Below are positions 10,959-20,886 of a stretch of 64,000 bases of DNA, piece after piece. Each line of letters starts with the position of its first letter. The stretch's first letter is position 1. The notes below the pieces were generated by a model. It ran no database searches, was not told where the DNA came from, and worked only from the letters and a program-made list of their open reading frames with translations. This DNA is from a virus. The DNA lies in IMG/VR virus record IMGVR_UViG_3300043419_002186, positions 1-64,000 of that record, one strand, 5' to 3'. The position numbers were made by a program, and so were the translations under genes.

Positions 10959-10973
10959 CCCCCGGAGATTCTC

Positions 10974-11264
10974 ATGGCCCTCGTCGGAAACCTTCCCGCT
11001 GACCAGAACGAAGTCCACTACACCTTCCCCTCCTGCTACATGCGCATCATCGACGTGACGCAGGAGAACAACGTGAACGGCCTCACGTTCATCAAGGCCA
11101 ACTTCTACGCGGACGCGGCGGCTCGCGCGGTCAATGCCGTCCCCGTCGTCGGCAAGATTTACAACTGCCCCACGGTTGACTTCCCCGCCGTCACGCCCAT
11201 GGCCGCGGCTGGGTACGAGTACCTCAAGACCCTCCCCGAGTTCGCGGGCTGGGTGGACGCGTAG
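10974..11264 (+). CDS. Fibre-associated chaperone-like protein
   Basis: C-terminal YEYLKTLPEFAG motif typical of small genes downstream of phage fibres. Confidence 0.65.
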   Translation: MALVGNLPADQNEVHYTFPSCYMRIIDVTQENNVNGLTFIKANFYADAAARAVNAVPVVGKIYNCPTVDFPAVTPMAAAGYEYLKTLPEFAGWVDA

Positions 11265-11347
11265 TCGAATCGATTCGGAATCGTGGGCGGGGTGACCGGC
11301 TTGGGGTAATCTTCCCCGGTCGGCACCCCCCCACTTGTGAGGAACTC

Positions 11348-13456
11348 ATGGCCATCGTTCAGAATGCTCTCGACGCCAACAACATTGCTTTCGAGCTGAT
11401 TGACCCTGACCAGACGCTCAACATCTTCTCCCTGAACCTCGAAACGGGCGTCGCGACGAGCGACTACATGCCCGCTCGCTGGCTCCAGATCATGTCGGAG
11501 CGGGCGCAGACGTTCATCACGAACGCGGGCGAGCTGTTCGACCTGCCTGAGCGGCGCCGCGGGGCCCTGAACTTCCTCCAGCGCTTCGTGAACACGTCGC
11601 CTCTGGACGACTCGGCCCTCGCCCTCTCCGTCACGCACGATGGTGACGTCTACACGCTCGTCGCCAACGTCACCGTGGACACGGGGAACCCCGCGCACCT
11701 CGTCGTGAACCTGCCCCACTCACTCGCGGGCGCGGTCGCGATGGCGAGCGCCGTCACCGTGGAGAGCAGCGGCATCGGCTTCCTCTCGGGTGACGTGGGC
11801 GGTCCCTCGAACGCCAACAGCATCAACGCGGGCGTCATCGTCGATGAGATGGTCTCCGAGACCGCGGGCATCCAGCAGTACAAGATTGACGGCCTCGTCG
11901 ATGCGCTCGCCTCGAAGGCGCTGAAGACCATCCGCATCACGGCGAAGACGGGCGGCGCCCTCGTCGGCGGCGGCGACCTGACGGCCGACCGCACCGACTA
12001 CGACATGGACGACACTTTCACGACGGCCGGGACGAGCGGCGGCGTGAACGTCAACACGCTGACCATCCCTGTCGTCACGGTGGACGCCTACGGCCGCGCG
12101 TCGCTGGGAACGGCCGCGACCTACACCGTCAGCACGAACTACCAGCCCGCGGGCATCTACCTCAAGGGCGTCTCCGCGGACCCGTACAGCGTCACCGTTC
12201 CCGACCCGGCGACGAACACGTTTATCGTCCCGACCCTCACCTCGGGCCGCTCGAACTTCGCCGTCAGCACGGTCTTCCCCAGCAAGACCTACGTGGACAA
12301 CCTCGCCCTCGGCCTCGTCGGCAAGGACCCCGTGAACGCGGCTACCATCGCGGAGCTTCCTGACGCCTACACCGCGACGCCCGCGGCGCCGAATCAGACG
12401 GTGCTCACGCGCGTCGGCAACGGCGCGCTCCCCACCATCGATGGTGTCACGCTGACCGCGGGTCAGCGCGTCCTCATCAAGAACGAGACGGGCTCGAAGG
12501 CCCCCTACAACGGCATCTACGTCGTCACGCAGGTTGGTAGCTCCAGCCTCCCGTGGATTCTGACGCGCTCCGCTGACGCGAACACGGCCGTCTCGCTTTG
12601 CGGCTCCATCGTCGCGGTCATCGGCGGCAGTCAGGCGACGGACCTCTTCTTCTTCGCCCAGTCGCCCATCGGCTTTGCCCTTGGAACGAACCCCGTCATC
12701 TTCATTCAGGTGAGCGGCAACATCGTCCCCGCGACTTCGACGGTCCTCGGCGGCGTGCAGCTCCTCGGCGGCATCGGTGGCACCGGCTCTGCTTACAACG
12801 GCGTCGTCCTCAAGCTCAGCGACGCGGTCTACCTCGACGGCAACCTGCTCGCGACTCGCGGCGGCACGGGCGTCGGCTCCTACGCCGCGGGCGACATGCT
12901 CTACGCGAACGGGGTGAACCCGACGGCGCTCTCGAAGCTCGCCATCGGGACCAATGGCCAGTACCTGCAAGTCGTCGGTGGCGTGCCGTCGTGGCAGACC
13001 TCGAACTTCGCCACCATCGGAACCTCGCTGCCGCAAAAGCTCGGGACCGCGAACGCGGGCTCGGGCACGGCCGCATCGGCAGTGAACCACGTCCACCCGC
13101 TGGACGGCCTCCCCGCCGACTTCTCGGGCCAGATTTTCGGCTCGCCGCCGGTCTCGCCCGCGCAGGTCTTCAACATCGCCTTCGTCCGCGACACCCTCGT
13201 CGAGCTGTCGGGCCACGTCGCGAGGGCCGAGGTCCTCCCCGCGGTGGGGACCACGGTGACGTTCAACATCTACGTGGGCGGTTCCGACATTCTCATGGGC
13301 ACCATGACGTTCACGTCCGCAGGCGGCACGCTTACGCTCACCGCGGGTCAGTCCTTCGGCTCGGGCGGCTACCTTTACATCAAGTGCATGTCGTCCTCCG
13401 TGGGCTCGCTCTCGAACATCTTCTTCACGTTCAAGGCGCACCTCGGGCTCACCTAA
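11348..13456 (+). CDS. Fibre/receptor-binding protein 2
   Basis: SKTYVD; IDGVTLTAGQRVLIKNET...NGIYVVT...LTRSADAN fibre domain; C-domain paralogous to 6010. Confidence 0.8.
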   Translation: MAIVQNALDANNIAFELIDPDQTLNIFSLNLETGVATSDYMPARWLQIMSERAQTFITNAGELFDLPERRRGALNFLQRFVNTSPLDDSALALSVTHDGDVYTLVANVTVDTGNPAHLVVNLPHSLAGAVAMASAVTVESSGIGFLSGDVGGPSNANSINAGVIVDEMVSETAGIQQYKIDGLVDALASKALKTIRITAKTGGALVGGGDLTADRTDYDMDDTFTTAGTSGGVNVNTLTIPVVTVDAYGRASLGTAATYTVSTNYQPAGIYLKGVSADPYSVTVPDPATNTFIVPTLTSGRSNFAVSTVFPSKTYVDNLALGLVGKDPVNAATIAELPDAYTATPAAPNQTVLTRVGNGALPTIDGVTLTAGQRVLIKNETGSKAPYNGIYVVTQVGSSSLPWILTRSADANTAVSLCGSIVAVIGGSQATDLFFFAQSPIGFALGTNPVIFIQVSGNIVPATSTVLGGVQLLGGIGGTGSAYNGVVLKLSDAVYLDGNLLATRGGTGVGSYAAGDMLYANGVNPTALSKLAIGTNGQYLQVVGGVPSWQTSNFATIGTSLPQKLGTANAGSGTAASAVNHVHPLDGLPADFSGQIFGSPPVSPAQVFNIAFVRDTLVELSGHVARAEVLPAVGTTVTFNIYVGGSDILMGTMTFTSAGGTLTLTAGQSFGSGGYLYIKCMSSSVGSLSNIFFTFKAHLGLT

Positions 13457-13468
13457 GAAGGAGGCCTC

Positions 13469-13780
13469 ATGTCCATGTCCTACGTCCACCGCTACGCGCA
13501 AGGCGCGGTCAACGCGGGTGGCACCATCAAGCTCGACGCCTCGCTCAACATCAGCGAGGTCGGAACGCGGACCATCAAGCTCAACCCGTCCATCTTCAAC
13601 AAGAAGGGGACGTGGAAGCTCTACGACTACGTCTCGCTCATCGGGCCCTCGGGCGTGGTTCCTGTGGGCCCCGTGTCCAGCATCATCGTGGACGCGTCCG
13701 CACTCACCACGCTCGGGCTGAGCGGCCCCACGTTCACCCCCGTGAACACGGGCGCTTCTCTCACCGTCACGCTCTCGTAG
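13469..13780 (+). CDS. Small beta protein, paralog of 7918
   Basis: AGGAGG SD; shared motif with 7918. Confidence 0.7.
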   Translation: MSMSYVHRYAQGAVNAGGTIKLDASLNISEVGTRTIKLNPSIFNKKGTWKLYDYVSLIGPSGVVPVGPVSSIIVDASALTTLGLSGPTFTPVNTGASLTVTLS

Positions 13781-13790
13781 GGGTACGCCA

Positions 13791-16700
13791 ATGGCGAACG
13801 GCATTTGGAACGTCAACAGCGGTAACTGGAGCAGCACTGGGAGCTGGTCGGGTGGCACCATTGCGAGTGCGGGTGGTTACGCGGACTTCGGCACGCGGAA
13901 CTACACCATCACCACGCCTATCGTCACTGTTGACGCGCCCTTCACCATCGGGGACCTCTACACGGCCGACGCGGACATTCCCGGTACGGTCAACCTGACG
14001 TTCAACGGCGGCTTCGCGATTACTCTCGACCCTGTTGGGGCCGGGCAGTCGCTCGTCACCACGGACACGCCGACCATCATCAACGCCCCTGTGTCGGGGA
14101 CGAATGGATTCGTCCACAACTCGACCAGTGCACGGCGGCTCACGCTCTCGAACGTGAGCAACCCGCTCACGGGAACCATCCGCATCTCGGGAGCCGCGGC
14201 AATCTCTCTCCTCGGTGGATTCCCCAACGGCGTCACCGTCTCGCTGACGAGCCCCGCCAACAATACGAACCTGACCCTCGGCGCGAACACGCTGGCGAAC
14301 AGCCTGCTCGATGTGCAGTGTGGCGATACTGGCTCCACCCAGTTCATCATCATGTCGGGAACGGGTCCGTTCCGCATCAAGCGGATGACGGGCGGCGCAG
14401 GGAAGTACATCTCTTTCCAATCGGGCGCCAATCAGCAGGTCCACGTCGGAACGAATGATGCCGGGTTCGACTCTGACATCTACAATGCGTACACGGGCGT
14501 GCAGAGTGCAGGCGCTCCCAGCATTCGCAAGGTCGGAACGAACACGATAACGATTGGTCCGACGGGTACGCTGCGTTTTGGAAACATCGACGCCGGAAAC
14601 GTCATCGTTCAGAACACGCACCCCTTCAACTTCGGTACGACGCCTCCGTTCGACATCGAGAACACGAACATCGCGAACGATGCCACGCTGACGCTCGATG
14701 TCACGACGACGGCTGTCGAGCCCTACTGGCTCGAACCCGACATGAACGCGGGCGGCCTAACGGGGACCAATGGTCCGAAGATTGCGGTCAGCGCGGGTGT
14801 CACTGCGTACACGTCGGGCGCCCGCATCTTCACGCGTCGAGGCACCGACAAGCCCGCCACGTTTCAAGCGCCCGCGGGAGCGACGCTCTACAGCAACCTG
14901 AGCTACGGGCTTGGCGCCAATCTCATCTGCGATGTCCTCTTTCAGGGCGGCGGCACGTTCAACTGCCGCTTCAATCAAGTGGGCTCGCCCGCTGGTGGCG
15001 CCTATGTGACCGTGAAGGGGGGCAGCACCTATCGCGATGCGAACGCCGCAGGCGCGGGGACGGTCGCTGGCGTTGCCCTCGTCTTCGACATTCAGGAAAA
15101 CTCGACGGTCGCTCTCTATCCCGTGGGCACCGCGTCAACGACGACGCCTGTCTACGCGAGCGTCGGGACGGGTTCGCGCCTCACCTTCGGCCATCCCACT
15201 GCTCCTGCCCGTTCGAGCAACGTGTATTCGCTCACGGGCACTGCCTCTGCCGCTGTCGAAGGCCGCGGCACCACGATTCACACGCTCAACACGGCAGCGA
15301 CGCCCGCCTTCCTTCCGAACTCGTCTTCGACCACGAAGATTGACTTCTACGGACGCATCGGCAAGGGCAGCGGCCCGGGCGACGTGAACGCCGACAATCT
15401 CTCCCTCGACCTCGACTATGGCGTCTCCTACATCAACGGTTCCGACAATACCTACGTCGGTCTGACGATTGTTCGCGTGGCGACGCTCGATGGTCGCGGT
15501 CGCATCGTCAACAGCACCGTGTTGCCTCGCTCTGACGGCTCGGTCCTCGCGGCAGGTAGGGGCGTCGGTGCTGGCGACTTCCAGCTCAAACAAGTGGACT
15601 TGTCCGTCGCGTCTCCGATTTTTCAGGGGTCACGGACCACGGGCCAGTCTTCCGGCTACGCCTCAAAGGTCATCATCAGCTCGCTTGTCTCGCAGATTGC
15701 GGGGAGGACTATCAGGGCGAGGGGCGCGGGCTCAGGATGGGAAGTCGGCAAGACCTACACCATCGTCCAGTTCTCCCCTGCTCGGGACGTGGCACCTCTC
15801 GTCAACGCCACCGCGTATCCATGGACCGACAGCGCTAACCCGCGCATCGGCAACGGAACCGTCACGTCCGACAAGAACGGTATCTATCTCGCGCCGCAGT
15901 ATCTCCCCGCGGCAGAGCCGCTCGTCTGGAACGGTGGCGTGGATGGCGAGTGGTACAACGGCGCCACCGGCTTCCTGCTGAAGACTGCGCGCACGGATGT
16001 CCCGTTCTACAGCGGCGACACGGTCTTCTTCGACGCGACCAGCACTGTCATTGCGCGCGTCACCGAAGACATCTCCATCAACAACCTCACGCTCGACCCT
16101 GTCGCGCAGCACACCATCAGGACCCCGACGGCGAAGAAGATTCTCGCGGGCGGGCTCCTCACGGTGCCCGCGGTGTCCGTTGGGCAGGCGTTCGACCAGC
16201 GCCTCGAACTCGAAGGCACGTGGACCGGCGTCACGCTGAGCGGACCTCTCGTCGTCTCTCATGCGAATGCGCTTCAGGGCGCCAGCACCGGCAAGCTCAC
16301 GTTCAACCAGCAGGGCTCGCTGAAGTGTGAAAACGTCGATATGACGGTCGCATTCGGCCCCGTGTGGAACAACGTGGGCACGTCGGGTGCGGGAAACACC
16401 TCCTCGTACATCACGAAGACCGGCGGGAAGACGCTTGACCTGACGGGCAACGTCACCAGCGGCGGAAACATCTACTCGGTGCTGCTCATTCGAGGCGAGG
16501 GCATCCTCAAGCTGTCGGGCACGAACACCGGCTACTCGCAGCAGATGTACCTCAACGACAGCTCGGTTCCCGTCGGCAGGAACGTCCTCCGCATCACGGG
16601 CACCACCAACAGCAGCGGTCTTGCAAACGGTGCGTTCCTCGCCTTCAACGAAGGTGGCATCTTCGAGACGGTCGCTACGTCGTTCACGCGCAAGGTGACC

Positions 16701-17282
16701 TCCACCGGCCTTGAATCTGGCCTCGCCGCTTTCTTCGGCGTCGGTCCCAACGGCGGTGGCTTCTCTGCCATCGGCACGGGCACCCTGTCCATCAGCACGG
16801 TCGTCGGATTCGGCCCCTACAATGTGGCGACGGCGCCGAACAACTGGAACGGTCCCATCTACTTCGGAACCGGCTACAGCTCTTCGACGCAGACGACGAA
16901 TCTGTCGAGCCCCACCATCACCATTGACCCCGGTGTGGACCAAGTCTTCCACGTCTTCGCGGGCGCCAACACGGCAGGCAGCACCGCGGGAATCCTCGGC
17001 GTCATCAGCTCGACGGGCAACTGCATCGCTCGCAAGCGCGGCGCGGGCGTGCTGGCTCTGTACGGGAAGAACACCTACCAAGGCAGCACCATCGGTGAGG
17101 CGGGCCGCATTCTCTGCGTCACTTCGCGTTCCGTGTCCCTGACCGACGTGACGCTCAACAACGGCGCGGAGCTTCAGGCCACGGCCACGGGTGCGAATGT
17201 GGACCCCGCGGACACGGGCTACATCCTCCACACGAAGAGCATGGTCCTCAAGGCCGGGTCCAAGGTCATCATCGGCGCATGA
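13791..17282 (+). CDS. Large beta-helix adhesin-like protein
   Basis: 1163 aa; WNVNSGNWSSTGSWSGG start; KRGAGVLALYGKNTYQGST repeats. Confidence 0.8.
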   Translation: MANGIWNVNSGNWSSTGSWSGGTIASAGGYADFGTRNYTITTPIVTVDAPFTIGDLYTADADIPGTVNLTFNGGFAITLDPVGAGQSLVTTDTPTIINAPVSGTNGFVHNSTSARRLTLSNVSNPLTGTIRISGAAAISLLGGFPNGVTVSLTSPANNTNLTLGANTLANSLLDVQCGDTGSTQFIIMSGTGPFRIKRMTGGAGKYISFQSGANQQVHVGTNDAGFDSDIYNAYTGVQSAGAPSIRKVGTNTITIGPTGTLRFGNIDAGNVIVQNTHPFNFGTTPPFDIENTNIANDATLTLDVTTTAVEPYWLEPDMNAGGLTGTNGPKIAVSAGVTAYTSGARIFTRRGTDKPATFQAPAGATLYSNLSYGLGANLICDVLFQGGGTFNCRFNQVGSPAGGAYVTVKGGSTYRDANAAGAGTVAGVALVFDIQENSTVALYPVGTASTTTPVYASVGTGSRLTFGHPTAPARSSNVYSLTGTASAAVEGRGTTIHTLNTAATPAFLPNSSSTTKIDFYGRIGKGSGPGDVNADNLSLDLDYGVSYINGSDNTYVGLTIVRVATLDGRGRIVNSTVLPRSDGSVLAAGRGVGAGDFQLKQVDLSVASPIFQGSRTTGQSSGYASKVIISSLVSQIAGRTIRARGAGSGWEVGKTYTIVQFSPARDVAPLVNATAYPWTDSANPRIGNGTVTSDKNGIYLAPQYLPAAEPLVWNGGVDGEWYNGATGFLLKTARTDVPFYSGDTVFFDATSTVIARVTEDISINNLTLDPVAQHTIRTPTAKKILAGGLLTVPAVSVGQAFDQRLELEGTWTGVTLSGPLVVSHANALQGASTGKLTFNQQGSLKCENVDMTVAFGPVWNNVGTSGAGNTSSYITKTGGKTLDLTGNVTSGGNIYSVLLIRGEGILKLSGTNTGYSQQMYLNDSSVPVGRNVLRITGTTNSSGLANGAFLAFNEGGIFETVATSFTRKVTSTGLESGLAAFFGVGPNGGGFSAIGTGTLSISTVVGFGPYNVATAPNNWNGPIYFGTGYSSSTQTTNLSSPTITIDPGVDQVFHVFAGANTAGSTAGILGVISSTGNCIARKRGAGVLALYGKNTYQGSTIGEAGRILCVTSRSVSLTDVTLNNGAELQATATGANVDPADTGYILHTKSMVLKAGSKVIIGA

Positions 17283-17359
17283 GCAACCACTTGAGGAAGA
17301 TGGAACGTCGCGCTAAAAGGGCCACGCGCACTTCTGCGCGACGTTCAAGGGGAACGCTC

Positions 17360-17578
17360 ATGGCTGACCAGCAGCAGGAATCGACCGTCGGTCTCTCGGC
17401 CCAGTACAACATCAGCGTGCTCGTCAACGCGCTGATGGACCTTCAGCAGCTCATCCGCACCTTCCCGGGCATCATCGCCCGTGCGGAGCAGCTCGGTGCC
17501 GAGAACGAGGCTCTCAAGGTGCAGCTCGCGGCGCTCGCGCCGAAGGCCGTCGAGGCCACCGAGTCGCAGTCGGCGTGA
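17360..17578 (+). CDS. Small coiled-coil protein
   Basis: AGGGGAA before ATG 17360; ORF caller start at 17279 is less likely. Confidence 0.6.
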   Translation: MADQQQESTVGLSAQYNISVLVNALMDLQQLIRTFPGIIARAEQLGAENEALKVQLAALAPKAVEATESQSA

Positions 17579-17817
17579 CAGGTAAGTCGCAGTACGCGAA
17601 GGAGCTGCTCTCGGAGATTGAAGCTCCGGGGCGGCTCCTTCGTCTTTGGGAAGATGGCGAGCGCGCGGTGCGTGGCTACATCGCGTCTCCCGAAGCGCTG
17701 CTTCCGCGCATCGAGATTCTCAAGCTCAAGCAGCACGTGGCTCACTACTGCCATGAGCTGACCATGAACGCGCATCCCGGCGAGGAAGACCAAGACTGGG
17801 GAATCCGGCGGCTCTGA
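17575..17817 (+). CDS. Hypothetical protein
   Basis: GTGA overlap with the upstream stop. Confidence 0.55.
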   Translation: MTGKSQYAKELLSEIEAPGRLLRLWEDGERAVRGYIASPEALLPRIEILKLKQHVAHYCHELTMNAHPGEEDQDWGIRRL

Positions 17818-17874
17818 CCGATTGGGCGGCTTGCACCTTCGCAGGTACACTGCCGAATCGATTCGGAGAACCAC

Positions 17875-18519
17875 ATGAGCAACCTTCCCGCTGGCACCGA
17901 GTACCTCCTCCCCGTCGTCGAGCAGCTTTCGCAGAAGCACGGCTTCTCGAAGTACCTGCTCCTCGGCATCCTGAACGCGGAGAGCCGCTACGGCCTCGCC
18001 CTCAAGCCCAAGGGGCCCGCGGGCAGCGGCGACTTCATCGCTCGTCAGGCGACTGCAGAGCGCGACGCGCGCATGGCGAAGTCGCCACTCCCCGGCGTCG
18101 AGAAGAAGCAGGTCCCCGGCATCAAGGCGCGTGGCATCGACCACCCCGTCATGGCGTGGGTCCCCACGACCAACGGCTGGGGATGCGGCCTCTTCCAGCT
18201 CGACTACGAGAGCCACTTCGACTTCTGCAAGTCGGGTGACTGGGTGGACCCGTTCAAGGCGGGCGAGTACGCCATCACCAAGATTCTCAAGCCGAACCGC
18301 ATCTTCCTCGCGAAGAAGCACGGCCTCACGGGCGTTGCCCTCGAACACGCGATGGTCGCCAGCTACAACGCGGGCGCGGGTCGCGTGTCGAAGTTCCTGA
18401 CGGACAAGAAGAACATCGACTCCTGCACGTTCCACCCCGGCTACATCGCCAAGATTTGCGGCGAGGCCGACCTGCTCGCTGGCGCGTCGGGCGCTTTCAT
18501 GTCCCCGAACGTCGCGTAG
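17875..18519 (+). CDS. Lytic transglycosylase (SLT/lysozyme-like endolysin)
   Basis: AES catalytic motif, GLFQL and ASYNAG. Confidence 0.85.
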   Translation: MSNLPAGTEYLLPVVEQLSQKHGFSKYLLLGILNAESRYGLALKPKGPAGSGDFIARQATAERDARMAKSPLPGVEKKQVPGIKARGIDHPVMAWVPTTNGWGCGLFQLDYESHFDFCKSGDWVDPFKAGEYAITKILKPNRIFLAKKHGLTGVALEHAMVASYNAGAGRVSKFLTDKKNIDSCTFHPGYIAKICGEADLLAGASGAFMSPNVA

Positions 18520-18533
18520 CGCGGAGTCCCCGG

Positions 18534-18956
18534 ATGTCGCGCTGCACCGACGGACGCAAGGACCCGGACCTTTGGGAGTCTGTCAAGCGCAAGGCGAAGG
18601 CACGCGCTTGCCGTCGGAGCAGTGCCCGCTGCGGCACTTGGGACGCACGCATCGCTCAGGACGCGGGGCGCATCTACCGTGAAGCGGGTGGCGAGTACTG
18701 CGGGCCCCGCTCGCGTGCACAGCGCTCCCTCACGAAGTGGACGAAGGAAGACTGGCGAACCGATTCGGGCAAGGCAGCGTGCGCCCGCGTCACGAAGTCG
18801 GGCCACTGCGCTGACCGCTACCTTCCCGACGCTGCTTGGAAGAAGCTCACGCCCGCACAGAAGCGCGAGACGCAGCGAGCCAAGGCGCGAGGGAAGTCCC
18901 AGTTCGTCCCGAACGCTCCCGCGGCGAAGCGCGCTGGTCGGAAAGCGAGGAAGTGA
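18534..18956 (+). CDS. Basic protein, DUF5872-like
   Basis: WDARIAQ...YREAGGEY...SLTKWTKEDWRT...RYLP...QFV pattern; GGAG SD. Confidence 0.65.
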   Translation: MSRCTDGRKDPDLWESVKRKAKARACRRSSARCGTWDARIAQDAGRIYREAGGEYCGPRSRAQRSLTKWTKEDWRTDSGKAACARVTKSGHCADRYLPDAAWKKLTPAQKRETQRAKARGKSQFVPNAPAAKRAGRKARK

Positions 18957-19429
18957 TGCCGAAGTGCCTCAAGGTCCGTGGTGCGAAGAGCTGCGTGAAA
19001 GTGGACGCGGACGTGTTCGCTCGCGCGCAGAAGCACTCTTGGCACATGCACAGGAAGTACCCTGCAACGACGCTCGGCTCGGGACGTGACGCGAAGAAGC
19101 TCTACCTGCACCGCTTCGTGCTCGGCTCACTCGGGACCGTCATCGACCACAAGAACGGGGACCGTCTCGACAACAGGCGCGCGAACCTGCGCCGAGCCTC
19201 GAAGTCGCAGAACACCGCGAACATCGGACGCATCGCGACGAACAAGACGGGCTTCAAGGGCGTGATGCACTACGGCGACCGCTTCCGCGCCTTCGCGCAC
19301 CTGAACGGCAAAACCCGCTACCTCGGGACCTTCGATTCCGCTCGCGATGCCGCGTGTGCGTATGACCGCGAAGCCAAGCGGATTTTCGGTCGTTTCGCAA
19401 AGACCAACGGCTTGAAGTGCAAGGTCTGA
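18956..19429 (+). CDS. HNH-AP2 endonuclease
   Basis: IDHKNGDRLDNRRANLR; TGFKGV...RYLGTFDSARDAACAYD. Confidence 0.9.
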   Translation: MPKCLKVRGAKSCVKVDADVFARAQKHSWHMHRKYPATTLGSGRDAKKLYLHRFVLGSLGTVIDHKNGDRLDNRRANLRRASKSQNTANIGRIATNKTGFKGVMHYGDRFRAFAHLNGKTRYLGTFDSARDAACAYDREAKRIFGRFAKTNGLKCKV

Positions 19430-19445
19430 AGCCGAATCGATTCGC

Positions 19446-19461
19446 GTCCACATTGACTTCC
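19446..19461 (+). promoter_or_regulatory. GTCCACATTGACTTCC, copy 1 (contains TTGACT -35-like box)
   Basis: Identical 16-mer at 20167-20182; both copies intergenic, upstream of structural genes. Confidence 0.6.
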
Positions 19462-19542
19462 TGAATCACCTCGGGAACCATCGCCAAGTCTCAACCTCGG
19501 CCCCACACGGAGTGGGGCCACTTACGACAGGAGCACGAAGTC

Positions 19543-19971
19543 ATGGCCCAGCTTTCTCTCTCGGCGGTCGCTCTTCCTTCGGCTTGCGCCGGTCTCGGGA
19601 ACATCATCCCGGCCGCGCAGGACAGCCTTTACGCCAACGGTGGCGTGTTCGCGTTCGCTGACGGTTCGTCGGGTTCCGACGTCGTCACCAGCGCGGAGCT
19701 TCTCTCGTCCCTCGACGCCTCGGGACTGCTCTACGCCCTCTTCAACACCTCCTTCAGCGACATCTCGGGTGGTGACAGCGCTGCCGTGCAGGCGCAGAAG
19801 GCCTTCGCCGTCCTCGGCGGCGAGCTGGCCGTGTCGAACCTCGGCATCGCCTCGGCCGCTTCGGCCATCAGCATCGCGTGTGCCTCGGGCTCGAAGCCGA
19901 CCCTCGCGCTGACCACCACGGGCGTGGCGGGCTACTTCCGTATCCGTCTGCTCAGCGCCATCGCGGCGTAA
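19543..19971 (+). CDS. Putative minor structural protein
   Basis: AGGAG SD; Ala/Ser-rich. Confidence 0.7.
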   Translation: MAQLSLSAVALPSACAGLGNIIPAAQDSLYANGGVFAFADGSSGSDVVTSAELLSSLDASGLLYALFNTSFSDISGGDSAAVQAQKAFAVLGGELAVSNLGIASAASAISIACASGSKPTLALTTTGVAGYFRIRLLSAIAA

Positions 19972-20010
19972 TCCCACTTCACCTCAAACCGAATCGATTC
20001 GGAGACTCCA

Positions 20011-20163
20011 ATGCCCAAGGCAAAGAGCGCGAAGGCGAAGGCCCATCAGGCGAAGTTCAAGAAGATTGCCCAGATGTGTCAGGCGCAGGTCGTCGGTGGT
20101 GGCAAAGGCCGCGCCAAGAAGGTCGGCGCGTGCATGAAGGCCGCGTTCAAGAAGGCCAAGTAA
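20011..20163 (+). CDS. 50-aa Lys-rich protein (not in ORF track)
   Basis: GGAG SD; MPKAKSAKAKAHQAKFKKIAQMC...ACMKAAFKKAK. Confidence 0.75.
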   Translation: MPKAKSAKAKAHQAKFKKIAQMCQAQVVGGGKGRAKKVGACMKAAFKKAK

Positions 20164-20166
20164 GCT

Positions 20167-20182
20167 GTCCACATTGACTTCC
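20167..20182 (+). promoter_or_regulatory. GTCCACATTGACTTCC, copy 2
   Basis: Exact repeat of 19446-19461. Confidence 0.6.
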
Positions 20183-20230
20183 CGACGCACCCACGGTGGG
20201 ATGCTCGGGCAACACAGGAAGGAGCACCAC

Positions 20231-20788
20231 ATGTACTCGGAAGGTCTGATGGGTCTGAAGGATGACGCGATGCGGGTCGCCAAGATTGGCGTCGGCATCG
20301 GTCTCGGCATCGCGGGCGCGAAGGTCGTCGATTCGATGATCCCGTCGTTCTCGTACTCGGAGTGGGTCAAGCCGCTCGTCCTCGTCGGCGCTGGCGCTGC
20401 CGTCTACGGCTTCGGCAAGGACAAGTCCTACGCCGCGTGGACCTCGTCGTTCGCCGCTGGCTGGACCGCGGTCGGTCTCGGCAAGCTCATCGGCGCCACT
20501 CTCGACGCCGCTGGCGCTGCCTCGGCCCCGGCGGGCATGGCTGCGAAGATCAAGGCCTACGTTCCGTTCGCGGGCGTGGACACCTACGACACCGGCCTCC
20601 TCGCGGGTCTCGGCTACGGCGGCTACAACGCGTCGGTCAGCCGCTACATGATGGCTGGCTCGCCCACGCAGGTGCAGCAGCTCATGGGCGCCCCGCTGCA
20701 GGTTCAGCAGCTCGCCGGTCTCGGCTCCAGCGTCCTCAACGGCGCGAGCGCGATGGCTGGCGCCCCGATGTCCGCGACTCTGGTCTAA
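20231..20788 (+). CDS. Multi-TM virion membrane protein
   Basis: AGGAAGGAG SD; three hydrophobic segments; C-terminal MAGSPTQVQQ/LMGAPLQVQQ/LAGLG repeats. Confidence 0.75.
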   Translation: MYSEGLMGLKDDAMRVAKIGVGIGLGIAGAKVVDSMIPSFSYSEWVKPLVLVGAGAAVYGFGKDKSYAAWTSSFAAGWTAVGLGKLIGATLDAAGAASAPAGMAAKIKAYVPFAGVDTYDTGLLAGLGYGGYNASVSRYMMAGSPTQVQQLMGAPLQVQQLAGLGSSVLNGASAMAGAPMSATLV

Positions 20789-20886
20789 CCTCCACTGAGG
20801 CCGAATCGATTCGGTCTCATCGACGACAACCCGACCCCAAGCGGGTCACGACTGAGCCGCGAGAGCGGCAGAAAGAGGCAAGGCAA

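Noticed and set aside
8196-17282. Autotransporter genes implying host chromosomal DNA
   Set aside because: No signal peptide or beta-barrel, and they are embedded among viral fibre genes
17831-17851. TTGCAC/TACACT promoter before the lysin
   Set aside because: Spacer is only 9 bp
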